Positions 1 through 11,930 of a stretch of 64,000 bases of DNA are shown piece after piece. The position numbers and the translations under genes were made by a program. Each line of letters opens with the position of its first letter. Positions within the stretch are counted from its first letter, which is position 1. The notes below the pieces were generated by a model. That model did no database searches and was not told where the DNA came from. It saw nothing but the letters and a program-made list of their open reading frames with translations. This stretch comes from Chiloscyllium plagiosum (lineage: Eukaryota), in the NCBI RefSeq assembly GCF_004010195.1, contig NC_057718.1, positions 71,023,790-71,087,789 of the forward strand. Direction: 5' to 3'.

Positions 1-155
1 TCGACTCCTGTAAGATAGCACTCGGAGCAGTCTTGTCCAGCGGCCTAGGTGATCCGAGACTTTGGCCTCCGGCTCCTGTCAATTCGCCGGCCAGGATTCT
101 TCAGCCGGGCCGAGGTAGACCCCCAGGTAGAGGAGATGGGTGGTACTCCAGCTGA

Positions 156-541
156 ACCCCCGTAACTCCTCCGGCAGAGAGTCCAACTGCCACGGACCGA
201 CCAGTAGTCCGGAACATTTGGCCCAGTTGATCCAGGTGGAAGACGCTGTTGAGTACACGGCCTGACACATGTGCATCCTCCCCAGGTCAGCCGGGTCGGT
301 GAAAGTGAGGAGCACGTCGTCCGCATAAGCCGAGAGGACCACACCCGCACCCCCGTAACTCCTCCGGCAGAGAGTCCAACTGCCACGGACCGACCAGTAG
401 TCCGGAACATTTGGCCCAGTTGATCCTGGTGGAAGACGCTGTCGAGTACACGGCCTGACACATGTGCATCCTCCCCAGGTCAACCGGGTTGGTGAAAGTG
501 AGGAGCACGTCGTCCGCATAAGCCGAGAGGACCACACCCGC
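156..541. repeat. 193-bp tandem duplication inside the Tx1 RT (duplicates YADD, causes frameshift)
   Basis: 156-348 and 349-541 are near-identical, with a few substitutions. Confidence 0.85.
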
Positions 542-1839
542 GCTGTGCAGAACCAGCCCCGACAACCCCCTCCGCAAGAGGCACAGGAAAGGCTCCACGC
601 ACAGGGAATACAGCTGGCCGGACAGGGGGCAGTCTTGACATACTCCTCTCCCAAAGCGAAGGGGCGCCGTCAGGGACCTGTTAACTTTAACCAGACACTC
701 TGCGGCGGCGTACAAAAGTCAGATCTGGGCGACAAACTGCGTTCCAAACCAGNNNNNNNNNNNNNNNNNNNNNNNNNNNNNNNNNNNNNNNNNNNNNNNN
801 NNNNNNNNNNNNNNNNNNNNNNNNNNNNNNNNNNNNNNNNNNNNNNNNNNNNNNNNNNNNNNNNNNNNNNNNNNNNNNNNNNNNNNNNNNNNNNNNNNNN
901 NNNNNNNNNNNNNNNNNNNNNNNNNNNNNNNNNNNNNNNNNNNNNNNNNNNNNNNNNNNNNNNNNNNNNNNNNNNNNNNNNNNNNNNNNNNNNNNNNNNN
1001 NNNNNNNNNNNNNNNNNNNNNNNNNNNNNNNNNNNNNNNNNNNNNNNNNNNNNNNNNNNNNNNNNNNNNNNNNNNNNNNNNNNNNNNNNNNNNNNNNNNN
1101 NNNNNNNNNNNNNNNNNNNNNNNNNNNNNNNNNNNNNNNNNNNNNNNNNNNNNNNNNNNNNNNNNNNNNNNNNNNNNNNNNNNNNNNNNNNNNNNNNNNN
1201 NNNNNNNNNNNNNNNNNNNNNNNNNNNNNNNNNNNNNNNNNNNNNNNNNNNNCAAGCAGATGAATACCTGGCGCCGGAAGGAGTAGATATGTCGGAGGTC
1301 AGGGTCCTTCAGACCGAGCAGGAGCAGCTGGACACCCGACCGGATTTTCCCCAGGGTGGTGAGGTGGGGAAGAAGGAGCTCACTCGAAATGAAAGGCGGG
1401 ACATTGGAGATCACGACCCTCTGGGCCGTAGCCTCCAGAGGGTCGACGGGCAGATGTGTCCCGCCCACAGTGAGCCCCCTCTCCACGGCCAGGTGGACTG
1501 CCTGCTCAGTCTTCCGGAAAAAGACGGCTTTCCCGTACATCCGGGCCGCAGTGACGATGGCCAGTGGGCCGACCACACTAGCCATGGCCTTGCTGCAGGC
1601 CTCGATGGTCATGTTGGGGTGGGGATAGGCCTTTACCCCCAGGCATTTAGTAAGGTGCCTGAAGGGGGTCGGGGTTGCAGCCGGGGTTGGAGCAGCCGCC
1701 CCTAAGGCAGCGGCTACCCTGGCGTAGGTGCCCTTTAAGTTTGGGACTCGCCATACTGTGCTGCTGAATGTCGGTTGGCCCAGGAACCAGCTGTGTTGTT
1801 GAGTCCAGTTGAGGCCTGAGGCAGTATCAGCAGCAGGTT

Positions 1840-2290
1840 GAGGCAGGCCTTAGGTCGCAGCAGTGGTGGAGGCCCTGGGAGGGACCCAAGGCGAGTCCCA
1901 GGCAGCAGCGGTGGGGGTCCTGGGGAAGGGCCCAAGGCGAGTCCCAGGCAGCACCAAATCAAATCCCAGGCAGCGGTGGTGTAGGTAGGCCTCAGGCAAC
2001 AGCAGCGATGGAGGTAGCCTCAAGCAAGTCCCAGGCAGGCCCTTGGTCACAGCGGTGGGGGCAGACCTGTTGAGGAGGGTCCCCAAGGCAAGTCCCAGGC
2101 AGCCCCAAAATTTAGTCCCGGGCAGCAGCGGTGGAGGTCTTGGGAGGGGCCCAAGGTGAGTCCTAGGCAGCAGCAGTGAGGCAGGCCCAAGCAGTAGCAG
2201 CTGAGGCAGGTCAGGGTGGGGTCCCAGACCAGCAGTGGGAGTGGGAGTGGGCCCCAGGTCAGCAGCAACACTCCCTTGACCTGGGTGAGG
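1840..2290. repeat. GC-rich degenerate tandem repeats (ggcagcagcggtgg...ccaaggcgagtcccaggc) in the Tx1 5' region
   Basis: Recurring imperfect ~40-60 bp motif visible in the sequence. Confidence 0.6.
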
Positions 2291-2539
2291 CCCAGGCTGC
2301 AGCTCCAAAAGCCCGGCCCAGAACTCAAAGCTCTCACCTCCTTCTGCCTCTGCTGCCTCCTCCTCCTTCCTCTTCTCCTTCCTTCTCTTCGTCTTCTTCC
2401 TTCCTTCCTCTCAGAGCTCTCTGGATTTGGGGCAGCTGGTCCAGGGACAGTCCCCTTCCTCTCAGACACCTTCAAGGAGGAGAGTCCTTGCACACACACT
2501 GGTCCAGCTCCCTCAAGAGCCAGCTCTCAGAGTGACAGG

Positions 2540-3723
2540 TCACAAAGTGCACGAATCTTTATTCAATTTCCACCACCAGGAAGATAGGAAAACACCTGGG
2601 TGGCCAGTGACAAACACTGCACAATCCTATTCTTTTTTTTTTAGCAAGCCAATACTCCTGTTTATTTTTTTTTTCTTTTTTATTTTTTTTTCTTCTTAAA
2701 TGCGGTAGTGCTTATTTTATCCCCAGCACCCATGGTGTGTGTGTGCAGGGGTGAGACACAGTGAAAGACACAAAGTGCACGAATCTTTATTCAATTTCCA
2801 CCACCAGGAAGATAGGAAAACACCTGGGTGGCCAGTGACAAACACTGCACAATCCTATTCTTTTTTTTTTAGCAAGCCAATACTCCTGTTTATTTTTTTT
2901 TTCTTTTTTATTTTTTTTTCTTCTTAAATGCGGTAGTGCTTATTTTATCCCCAGCACCCATGGTGTGTGTGTGCAGGGGTGAGACACAGTGAAAGACACA
3001 AAGTGCACGAATCTTTATTCAATTTCCACCACCAGGAAGATAGGAAAACACCTGGGTGGCCAGTGACAAACACTGCACAATCCTATTCTTTTTTTTTTAG
3101 CAAGCCAATACTCCTGTTTATTTTTTTTTTCTTTTTTATTTTTTTTTCTTCTTAAATGCGGTAGTGCTTATTTTATCCCCAGCACCCATGGTGTGTGTGT
3201 GCAGGGGTGAGACACAGTGAAAGACACAAAGTGCACGAATCTTTATTCAATTTCCACCACCAGGAAGATAGGAAAACACCTGGGTGGCCAGTGACAAACA
3301 CTGCACAATCCTATTCTTTTTTTTTTAGCAAGCCAATACTCCTGTTTATTTTTTTTTTCTTTTTTATTTTTTTTTCTTCTTAAATGCGGTAGTGCTTATT
3401 TTATCCCCAGCACCCATGGTGTGTGTGTGCAGGGGTGAGACACAGTGAAAGACACAAAGTGCACGAATCTTTATTCAATTTCCACCACCAGGAAGATAGG
3501 AAAACACCTGGGTGGCCAGTGACAAACACTGCACAATCCTATTCTTTTTTTTTTAGCAAGCCAATACTCCTGTTTATTTTTTTTTTCTTTTTTATTTTTT
3601 TTTCTACCTAAATGCGGTAGTGCTTATTTTATCCCCAGCACCCATGGTGTGTGTGTGCAGGGGTGAGACACAGTGAAAGACACAAAGTGCACGAATCTTT
3701 ATTCAATTTCCACCACCAGGAAG
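2540..3723 (-). repeat. Tandem array of ~5.2 copies of a 228-bp monomer at the Tx1 5' end
   Basis: Identical short ORFs recur at 2739, 2967, 3195 and 3423 (period 228). Each unit has AATAAA and A-rich tracts on the minus strand. Confidence 0.95.
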
Positions 3724-3817
3724 AACCTTCTGTTTATCTCTGATAACCAGGGGTCCCTAATTGGCCAAAGATCTCATAATCAATGAGAGTCACCTGGCCC
3801 TTGTTCCAATCGCTACA
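3724..3817 (-). repeat. Remnant of the Gypsy 3' LTR, cut off by the Tx1 monomer array
   Basis: gtccctaattggcc...caatgagagtcacctg...ttccaatcgctaca resembles 11850-11930; followed by the complement of a polypurine tract. Confidence 0.6.
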
Positions 3818-4690
3818 TCCCGTGCAACCCACCCCCACCTCTCCAAGTCCTGGAATGTAGGCCTGTTTTTATTGTAGCGTTTCCTGGGACATTTTCACAC
3901 TAGGTCTGGTTCCTCCAGATTCAAATTCAGTTGGCGTGTACTTGACCGTAGCCCATCTTATGCATCTGGAGTCCTCCGGAGAGTTTCCTCCTCTTCAAGT
4001 GGTCACGGTATCAAGGCTGCATTCAACTCAGATTCTGAGATTTCTTTGATGTTAGATAGAAGGAGAGAATCCATTTGCAAGGTGGCAGCTTTCATGCAAT
4101 ACACCTTTGTTCAAGACCACCTCACCTACCTGAACTTTGTATATCACATGACCTGACCTCACCTTGTACACATGCAGGGCCTTTTCCACCGCCATGTCGG
4201 CACTATACTTAATCCCTTGTTGTAAACAGTCTCTCTTGCTGATGTTCCTGCTGCTGTTTCAAGCCCCCCTCAGGTGCTGGCATATCAGGTTCAACATGGT
4301 GCTCATTCTCCTCATTCAACAACACTGCTGGACCCATCCCTGTGATTACGTTAAGGGTGGTCCTATAATCAAATAAGAATCAGGATAGTTTGGTTTCAAG
4401 TTAAGCTGTCGACTGCTTTTTCAGCCTGCCAGACCATTGGATGATGGATGGCATGGAGCTGTGTGAACATGCCAAATACCATTCGACTTTAGAAAATATT
4501 TAAAATCCATGCTGGTACACGTATCTCATTGTCCTGACCAATACTTCTGGGAATTCGTGTTTCGCAAATGATGCTTGCAGCTTTTCAATCATCCTCTTTG
4601 AGTGTGTCAAATAAACTCTACCCACTTTGACTGGATGTTTGCAATGAACAAGAACATAGGTGATGTGTTACTACGTCCAGGGTTGACCTG

Positions 4691-5010
4691 ATGGCTCAGT
4701 GGTTAGTGCTGCTGCCTCTCAGTGCTGCAGACTCTGGTTCAATCCCACCCTCTGACAATTGTGTGGAGTTTGTACATTATCTCTGTGTCAGCGTGGATTT
4801 CCTCCAGGTGCTCCAGTTTAGATCAAGTGATTTGGCCTGCAAAATTTCTCCATAGTGTCCAGGGATGTGCAGGCTAGGTGGATTAGCCATGGGAATGCAG
4901 GGCTATATGACTAGTAGGGGGGGTGGGAGGAGCGGTGGTGGGACTGAATGGGATGTTCTTTGGAGGGTTGGTGTGGACTCAATAAGGCAAATGGCCTGTT
5001 TCCACACTAG
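4691..5010 (+). mobile_element. HE1-like tRNA-derived SINE, diverged
   Basis: A box TGGCTCAGTGG, B box GGTTCAATCCC, 3' end ggcctgtttccacact. Confidence 0.8.
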
Positions 5011-5627
5011 GGCCTGAACACCTGGCTTTGGGAGGGCTATGGGGGCAGGTGGTGCTGCTGGTAGCAATTTCTGTCCTTGACACTATGGGCACTGCCCTAC
5101 TAACACAGCTATATCAGCGTCTATCAGACCATCAGACATAACTTATTGACAATATTTCCATTTTGGAAACTCCCGGATGACCTTGGTGGAGATCGGCCAG
5201 TATCTGGCAGTGACTTCCACGCAGGACACTCATTCGTGTTCCCAGTAGTAATATGCCATCCTCTATGGTGATCTGGTCTTGCCTGGTCCAGGAATTTTTC
5301 AATTCTGGTTGCAATTCTGGCTCTTTTGCTTTCCCCATCACCCCAAGCATTTTAGTTTTGCCTGAACTTTTTTAAAATCTATAATTAGATGTTGTCAGCA
5401 GTGACCAGTAGTGTCTCCAGAAAGTTTAAAACTAGAATGGACTGTTCTAGGGAGACACCACCGGTAGTGTCTTTGCCAATGGTTGGAACTTAAGACATCC
5501 ACATTTGCCACTTGGCCTCCTGGACAGTGTTCCAGCCTGTGGTTGCATGCACTGAGAATTAGGGCCAGCCACTGAATTTCAATTTGGCACGGCCTTGTCT
5601 TCTTTTAGTAGGGTTTATGGTCCATTA

Positions 5628-5977
5628 CAGGTAGACAATCCTTTATCCAACATTCTGCAATCCATAAAGCTCCAAAGTCCGAAGGTTTTTTTGTGAAGTT
5701 TTTTCTCATTAACAAGGTTGTTTGGCGTGCTAACAGTTAACCCAAGTTCACACCCACTCAATGCGTGTCACTCAGATGTGACGTGAGGGAGCGTGGCCCA
5801 GCACTGGCAGGCCTCAATTTTCTCTCAAAGCCCATTTTACTGAGGGAGTCTGCTCCTCCAGTAAGAGTTTTTAAAAATTTTACTATCACAAACTGTCACG
5901 TATTCTGAAATTCAAAAAATTCTGACTTCCACAAAACAGCTGGCCTCAAGCATTTGGGATAAATGATTGCACACCTG
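5628..5977. mobile_element. Tc1/mariner-pogo (Tigger-like) MITE inserted in Gypsy pol
   Basis: TIRs caggtagacaatcctttatcc / ggataaatgattgcacacctg, flanked by TA on both sides. Confidence 0.8.
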
Positions 5978-6838
5978 TACTATTAAGAATTTACATCTGT
6001 AAAGGTATTGGTAGAACTTTCTTACACATGACAAACCTTCCTCTTTATCTGCGTGTATTTATGTTTGGCATCAGCCAAAATCCAGGAAGCACACACTATC
6101 AGGCATTCCTCCCTGTTGGGCCATTGGTGAGCCAGCACTATCCTGATACTGTACAGGGAGGCATCGCATTTCATAGTAGACCAAAACGTTAGATAATAGC
6201 TACTTTTAAACTTCCCTAAAAGCTACTTCTTGGCTATTGACCATTTACAAGGCTGACACTTTTTCAATAGCAGGTGTACCTGTGCAAAGATGAAGGCCAG
6301 GTTACATTTGAATTCCCTGTAATAATTCACCAACTCAAGGAAAGACCTAAGCTCCGGTATAGATGTGGAAGCCAAGGCACCTTTGATTGCCCTCACTTCA
6401 TCTTCAGGTGTAACCTGGTCTTGTTAACTCTGTCGCCCAAGTAGGTCATTTGGGGTACCTGGAACATTTTCTCCTTTTAAGGCATATGCCCATCTGGGAG
6501 AAATATTTAAGTGATATGTCCAAGTTCTCCAAGTGTTCTTTATTGTTTCTCCCATTACTAGCATATCATTTAGATAAATGACAACTTGAGGTAGACCTTG
6601 TAAAAGGTTCTCCATTATCTGCTGAAAAGGGTGCGGATTGACAATAACTGAAATGGCAGCCTTGTATATTGGTACATAGCCTTATGAATATTAATTGTGG
6701 CATACGTCTGGGACTCCTCATCCAACCGCAATTGCAGGTATGTGTGGCTCATGTCCAGCTTCATGAAGGGTAGCCACCCCACCAGTTTTACATACAAGTT
6801 CTCTGTACAAGGGACTGGGTCTTTATTCAGCTGCAAGA

Positions 6839-7159
6839 AGCACGGTGGCACAGTGGTTAGCACTGCTGCCTCACAGCGCCAGAGACCCGGGTTCAACTCC
6901 CGCCTCAGGTGACTCTCTGTGTGGAGTTTGCACATTCTCCCCGTGTCTGCGTGGGTTTCCTCCGGGTGCTCCGGTTTCCTCCCACAGTCCAAAAATGTGC
7001 AGGTCAGGTGAATTGGCCATGCTAAATTGCCCGTAGTGTTAGGTGAAGGGGTAAATGTAGGAGTATGGGTCTGGGTGGTATACGCTTCAGCGGGTCGGTG
7101 TGGACTTGTTGTGCCGAAGGGCCTGTTTCCACACTGTAAGTAATCTAATCTAATCTAAT
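6839..7159 (+). mobile_element. HE1-like SINE, young, inserted in Gypsy RT
   Basis: A box TGGCACAGTGG, B box GGTTCAACTCC, CR1-like 3' end, (TAATC)n tail. Confidence 0.9.
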
Positions 7160-7370
7160 TCACTGTTTCCTTAAAATTCCCACAAAGGGAAACCTACATG
7201 TCAGGTTTCACAATTGGTACGACCTCTGGTGCTATTCATTCGCAAACTGTACTTGTTTGATCATTACTTCGCTTTCCAGCTTCATGATTTCTGCCTCTAC
7301 TTTTGTACATAAGGCAAATGGCACTGGCAGACCTTGCAGAAGCGCAGAATTGCTTCCTAGTCAACACGTA

Positions 7371-8924
7371 GAGTCAGAGATGTACAGCATGGAAACAGAC
7401 CCTTCGGTCCAACCCATCCAGATATCTTAGTTCCTTTAATAATCCCAACACATTCCTGAAAAACATCCAGGTATTTAAGAATTAAAGGTATGATGTGTTC
7501 TGGTCTTCTATGAGAAACAGTTGGTGCAGTTACCTAACCCAATCTTGTCTCACCTGCCAGCACCCGGCCCATTTCCCTTCAAACCCTTCCTATTCATTTA
7601 CCCATCCAGATGCCTTTTAAATATTGCAATCGTACTAGCCTCCACCACTTCCTCTGGCAGCTCATTCCATACACGTACCACCCTCTGCGTGAAAAGATTG
7701 CCCCTTAAGTCTCTTTTATATCTTTCCCCTCTCACCCTAAACCTATGCCCGCTAGTGCTGGACTCCCCAACCCCAGGAAAGATACTTTGTCTATTTATCC
7801 TATCCATGTCCCTCATGATTCTATAAGGTCACCCCTCAGCCTCCGACACTCCAGGGAAAACAGCCCTAGTTTATTCAACCTCTCCCTTACAGCTCAAATC
7901 CTCCAACCTTGGCAACATCCTTGTAAATCTTTTCTGAACCCTTTCAAGTTTCACAACATCCTTCTATTAGGAAGGAGACCAGAATTGCACGCAATATTCC
8001 AACCTTGGCCTAACCAATGTCCTGTACAGCCGCAACATGACCTCCCAACTCCTGTACTCAATACTCTGACCAATAAAGGAAAGTATACTAAACACCTTCT
8101 TCACTATCCTAACTATCTGCGACTCCACTTTCAAGGAGCTGCACTCCAAAGTCTCTTTGTCCAGCAACACTCCCTTGGACCTTACCATTAAGTGTATACA
8201 TCCTGCTAAGATTAGCTTTTCCAAAATTTCCTTGCACTTATCTGAAATTCCATCTGCCACTTCTCAGCCCATTGGCACATCTGATCAAGATCCCGTTGTA
8301 ACCTGAGGTAACCTTCTTTGCTGTCCACTGCACCTCCAATGTTTTTGTCATCTGCAAACTTACTAACTATACCTCTTATGCTCACATCCAAATCATTTAT
8401 ATAAATGATGAAAAGTAGTGGACCCAGCACCGATCATTGTGGCACTCCACAGGCCTCCAGTCTGAAAAACAACCTCCACCACCACCCTCTGTCTTCTACC
8501 TTTGAGTCAGTTCTGTATCCAAATGGCTAGTTCTCCCTGTATTCCGTGAGATCTAACCTTTCTAACCAGTCTCCCATGGGGAACCTTGTCGAACACCTTA
8601 CTGAAGTCCATATAGATCACATCTACCGCTCTGCCCTAATCAATTCTATTTGTTCCTTTAAAAAACTCAATCAAGTTTGAGAGACATGATTTCTCTTGCA
8701 CAAAGCTATGCTGACTATCCATAATCAGTCCTTGCCTTTCGAAATACATGTACATTATGTCCCTCAGGCTTCCTTCCAACAACTTGCCCACCACTGACGT
8801 CAGGTTCACTGGTCTAAAGTTCCTTGGCTTGTCCTTACTACCCTTCTGAAACAGGATATCTGGTTGGCATGGATGAGTTGGACTGAAGGGTCTGTTTCCA
8901 TGTTGTACATCTCTATGACTCTAT
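7371..8924 (-). mobile_element. CR1 (HER1-like) LINE 3' half in Gypsy pol, with an extra inverted 3' tail at 8853-8924
   Basis: [46 protein letters not shown] motifs. Confidence 0.9.
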
Positions 8925-9904
8925 AATTAGGACTTCACTCAGGCAGCCATTTTCTAATCAAAAATTGTTGAGCCAATCAAGGTGAATCTTTCTCAATCAA
9001 TGGCACCTAATCAAGCTTGGGCTTGATTACCATAATCGGTGGTAACTGCACCAACTGTTTCTCATAGAAGACCAGAACACATCATACCTTTAATTTGTAA
9101 TGATTCACCAGTATATGTTCTCAGTGTGATCTTATGCAAACTTAAAGGCTGGAGTGAAGAACAAATCTTGTTAAAGACTGCTTCTGCCACCAATGATACA
9201 GCGGCGCCAGTACTGACCTCTATTATAACTGGGTGACCATTTAACCAGACATTTATTTCGACTGGTTCTGATTTGGATGTTACTAAGCAATTTAACTGTT
9301 GCGAGCGGTATGTAAGTGGGCTTTCCAGGGTGTGCACTTTCCTATGAGTTCATTTACTCAAGTCAGGCCTGGGTGGGACCCCTTTGCTATCTTGAGTCCT
9401 CATACCAGCAGCAACTACCATGGCGTGCTGGCCCAGATCCTGAAGAACATTTTAGCCATTTGGCCAAGGCTCGGCTTTGGTTTGGGGTTTTGCCATAGAC
9501 TGATCTATGATGTCTCTGCTCAGGAAATGTCCTGCTTGATCATACACAATTGCCTACACTCAAGTGGTGTTGCCCAAGCTAAGTTGAACATGAGGGTGTC
9601 CACTTCCATTGGGATATTCTATAATTCATGAGCTCCACTTGCCACATTTTCTCATACCAAATCCAATTGTAATGCCAAGTTGAAGTCCAGTTGGGCTTCA
9701 GCTAGTGCATGGCTTTGTATGGTTACATTACTAATCCCACATATCAAATGGTCTCTCAGCATCTCATTCAGGGTTAACCAAAATCACATGCCCCTGCCGG
9801 TCACCTTAAACTCATCAAAAATCCTGCAAGGGATTCTCCTGATTCTTGAACTGCCAAGTAAAACAGATAGCATTTCAGAATTACAGGAGGCTTGGGGTCA
9901 TAAT

Positions 9905-10245
9905 ATCATAGAATCCCTATAGTGTGGAAACAGGCCCTTCAGCCTAACAAGTCCACACTGACCCTTCAAAGAGTATCCCACCCAAAACTATTCCCCAACC
10001 TTATTAGTCTACATTCACCCCTGACTAATCTGCACTCCCTGAACACTATGGGCAATTTAGCCTGGCCAATTCACCTAACCTGCACATCTTTAGATTGTGG
10101 GAGGAAACTGGAGCATATGGAGGAAAGCCACGCAGACATGGGGAGAACATGCAAACTCCACACAGTTGCCTGAGGGTGGAATCGAACCCAGGTTCCAGGC
10201 ACTGTGAGGCAGCTGTGCTAACCAGTGAGCCATCATACTGCCCAT
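9905..10245 (-). mobile_element. HE1-like SINE in Gypsy gag
   Basis: Reverse complement of the same SINE consensus. Confidence 0.85.
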
Positions 10246-10550
10246 TCTTAACTAAATCAGTCAACTCTTGAAAGGTTTAAATATCTGGTGCCTCAAGGAA
10301 AGTTTGGCTCCTAATAACCAAAAATGTTATGGTCCACAAGCAGTCAGAATGACTCATTACTTTTCATTTGCTCCAATGTCATTTGCCAAGAAAAAAGTTT
10401 TCACAAACTGGTCCCAGACTTCAACAGCAGGATCAGATGAGTCAAACTTCCCAAAGAAAGGCATAATGCCAGAAATGCGTATCCCAAGTTGAAAAACGAC
10501 TATTGTGAGAGGATTTTCTTCTGGAGTGTACTGTTTTCTCTCATCACCAC

Positions 10551-11930
10551 TGAAATAACTGCAAGGAAGCAGGTATCTTGTCACCAAGTCACCTTTTATT
10601 TATGTGTGCACAGTACATGGACTCTGACTAGCTTGCTCACAGTTCCTAAAGTGAGGAAAATTTCAGAATCTCCTGTACACATCAGCCAGGAAATTGGAGT
10701 TGAGTGTGTGGGGCTGGAAAAGGACAGCAGGTCAGGCAGTCCAAGGAGCAGGAGAATCAATGTTTTGGGCATCAGTCCTTCATCACGGATAAGGCTTGTG
10801 GACCTGGGGGCTGAGAGATAAATGAGAGGGGGGGGGGTGAGTTCAGGGTGAAGGTAGCTGAGAATGTGTTGGATGAAGGTGGGGGAGGTGATAGGTAGGA
10901 GTGGAGAATAGAGCAGATAGATGGGAAAGGTGATGGACCAGTAAGGAGGGTAGTGCCGAGTTGGAGGCTTGGGATTGGGATAAAGTGTGGGAGGGGAAAT
11001 GAGGAAACTGATCCTGCATGGTTGCAGGGTTCCAAGGTGGAATATGAGGTGTTCTTCCTCCAGGCATCAGGTGGTAAAGGTTTGACGATAGAGGAGGCCC
11101 AGAACCTGCCAGTCCTTGGTGGAATGGGAGGGGGTGTTGAAGTGTTCAGCCACAGGTAAGTTTGATTGGTGTGGGTCTCTCAAATGCTCTCTGAAACAAT
11201 CCTCAAGTTGACACAGAGGAGACCAACTTGGGTGCAACGGATACAGTAGATGACATTGTTGGAGGTACAGGTAAATTTCTGTTGATATGGAAGGATCTTT
11301 TGGGGCCTTGGACAGAGGTGAGAGGGGAGGTGTGCGTGAAGGTGTTGCACCTCCTGCAGTGGCAGGGGAAAGTGCTGGGACTGGGGTGTGGGCTGGGGAG
11401 GGCCTGGATCTGATGAGGGAGTATACACCTCCCCCGTCATCTCCGTCCAAGGCCCCAAAGGAACCTTCCACATCCGATAGAACACAAACCCCACTCCTGG
11501 CACCTTCCCCCACCACCACAGGAAGTGTAAAACTTGCGTCCACACCTCCATCCAAGGCCACAAAGGATCCTTCCACATCCCTCAGAAATTTACCTGTACC
11601 TCCACCAATGACATCTATTGTATCTGTTGCATCCTACCTACCACCTTCTCAGCTACCTTCCCCCAACCCCATCCCCCTCCCATTCATCTCTCAGCGCCCC
11701 CAGTCCACAATCTTCATTTCTGATGAAAGGCTTATGCCCAAAACGTCGAATCTCTTGCTCCTTGGATGCTACCTGGCCTGCTGTGCTTTTCCAGCACCAC
11801 ATTTTCAATTCTGGTCTCCAGCATCTGCAGTCCTCACTTTCTCCTCAGGGTTCCTAATAGGCCTAGGTTAACAACCCCAATCAAGGATCCCATAGACAAT
11901 GAGATCCATCTGATACTCATTCCAATCACA
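10551..11930 (-). repeat. 5' LTR of the Gypsy element, split by a PLE insertion (~10695-11848)
   Basis: Adjacent to the PBS; TG...CA termini; right part (gttcctaataggcc...caatgagat...ttccaatcaca) resembles 3750-3817. Confidence 0.65.
10695..11848. mobile_element. Penelope-like element (Neptune-type) fold-back insertion: minus arm ~10697-11420, plus arm ~11424-11848
   Basis: FTCTSNNVIYCIRC GIY-YIG domain fragment; degenerate hammerhead motif ctgatgaaaggcttatgcccaaaacgtc at 11720-11747. Confidence 0.85.

Larger units (their letters stand above)
1..2539 (-). mobile_element. Tx1-clade (L1-group) non-LTR retrotransposon, 5' part; continues off the left edge; N gap at 753-1252
   Basis: ORF2 RT motifs GVCQDCPLSGQLYSLCVEPFL, LSAYADDV, INWAKCSG, YLGV (79-750). 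Tx1-type ORF1 segment AARMYGKAVFF...VVISNVPPFISSELL...SFRRQVF (1253-1650). Confidence 0.9.
3724..11930 (-). mobile_element. Decayed Gypsy/Ty3 LTR retrotransposon with many nested insertions
   Basis: gag-like MPFFGKFDSSDP...FFLANDI (10357-10470); protease VIIEVSTGAAVSLV (9062-9337); RT KLDMSHTYLQL...YQYTRLPF and VVIYLNDMLV (6424-6800); integrase Zn-finger LHQGHPGVSKM (5132-5350). Order PR-RT-RH-IN. PBS-like TGGTGATGA at 10549-10541; purine-rich tract next to 3818. Confidence 0.9.

Noticed and set aside
464..1705. Long ORFs here and at 24380-24932, 34340-35383, 57885-58649
   Set aside because: Length is inflated by N gaps; the real parts are TE fragments or their antisense frames.
1735..2587. 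Several overlapping Pro/Gly/Leu-rich ORFs
   Set aside because: GC-rich low-complexity repeats in the Tx1 5' region; no recognisable protein.
2739..3611. Four identical 62-aa ORFs, or a CRISPR-like array
   Set aside because: They are by-products of the 228-bp tandem repeat (poly-T read as Phe). There are no unique spacers and the context is eukaryotic.
6839..6915. tRNA gene (A and B boxes)
   Set aside because: It is the tRNA-derived head of a SINE, continuing into the SINE body and tail; repeated many times in the window.
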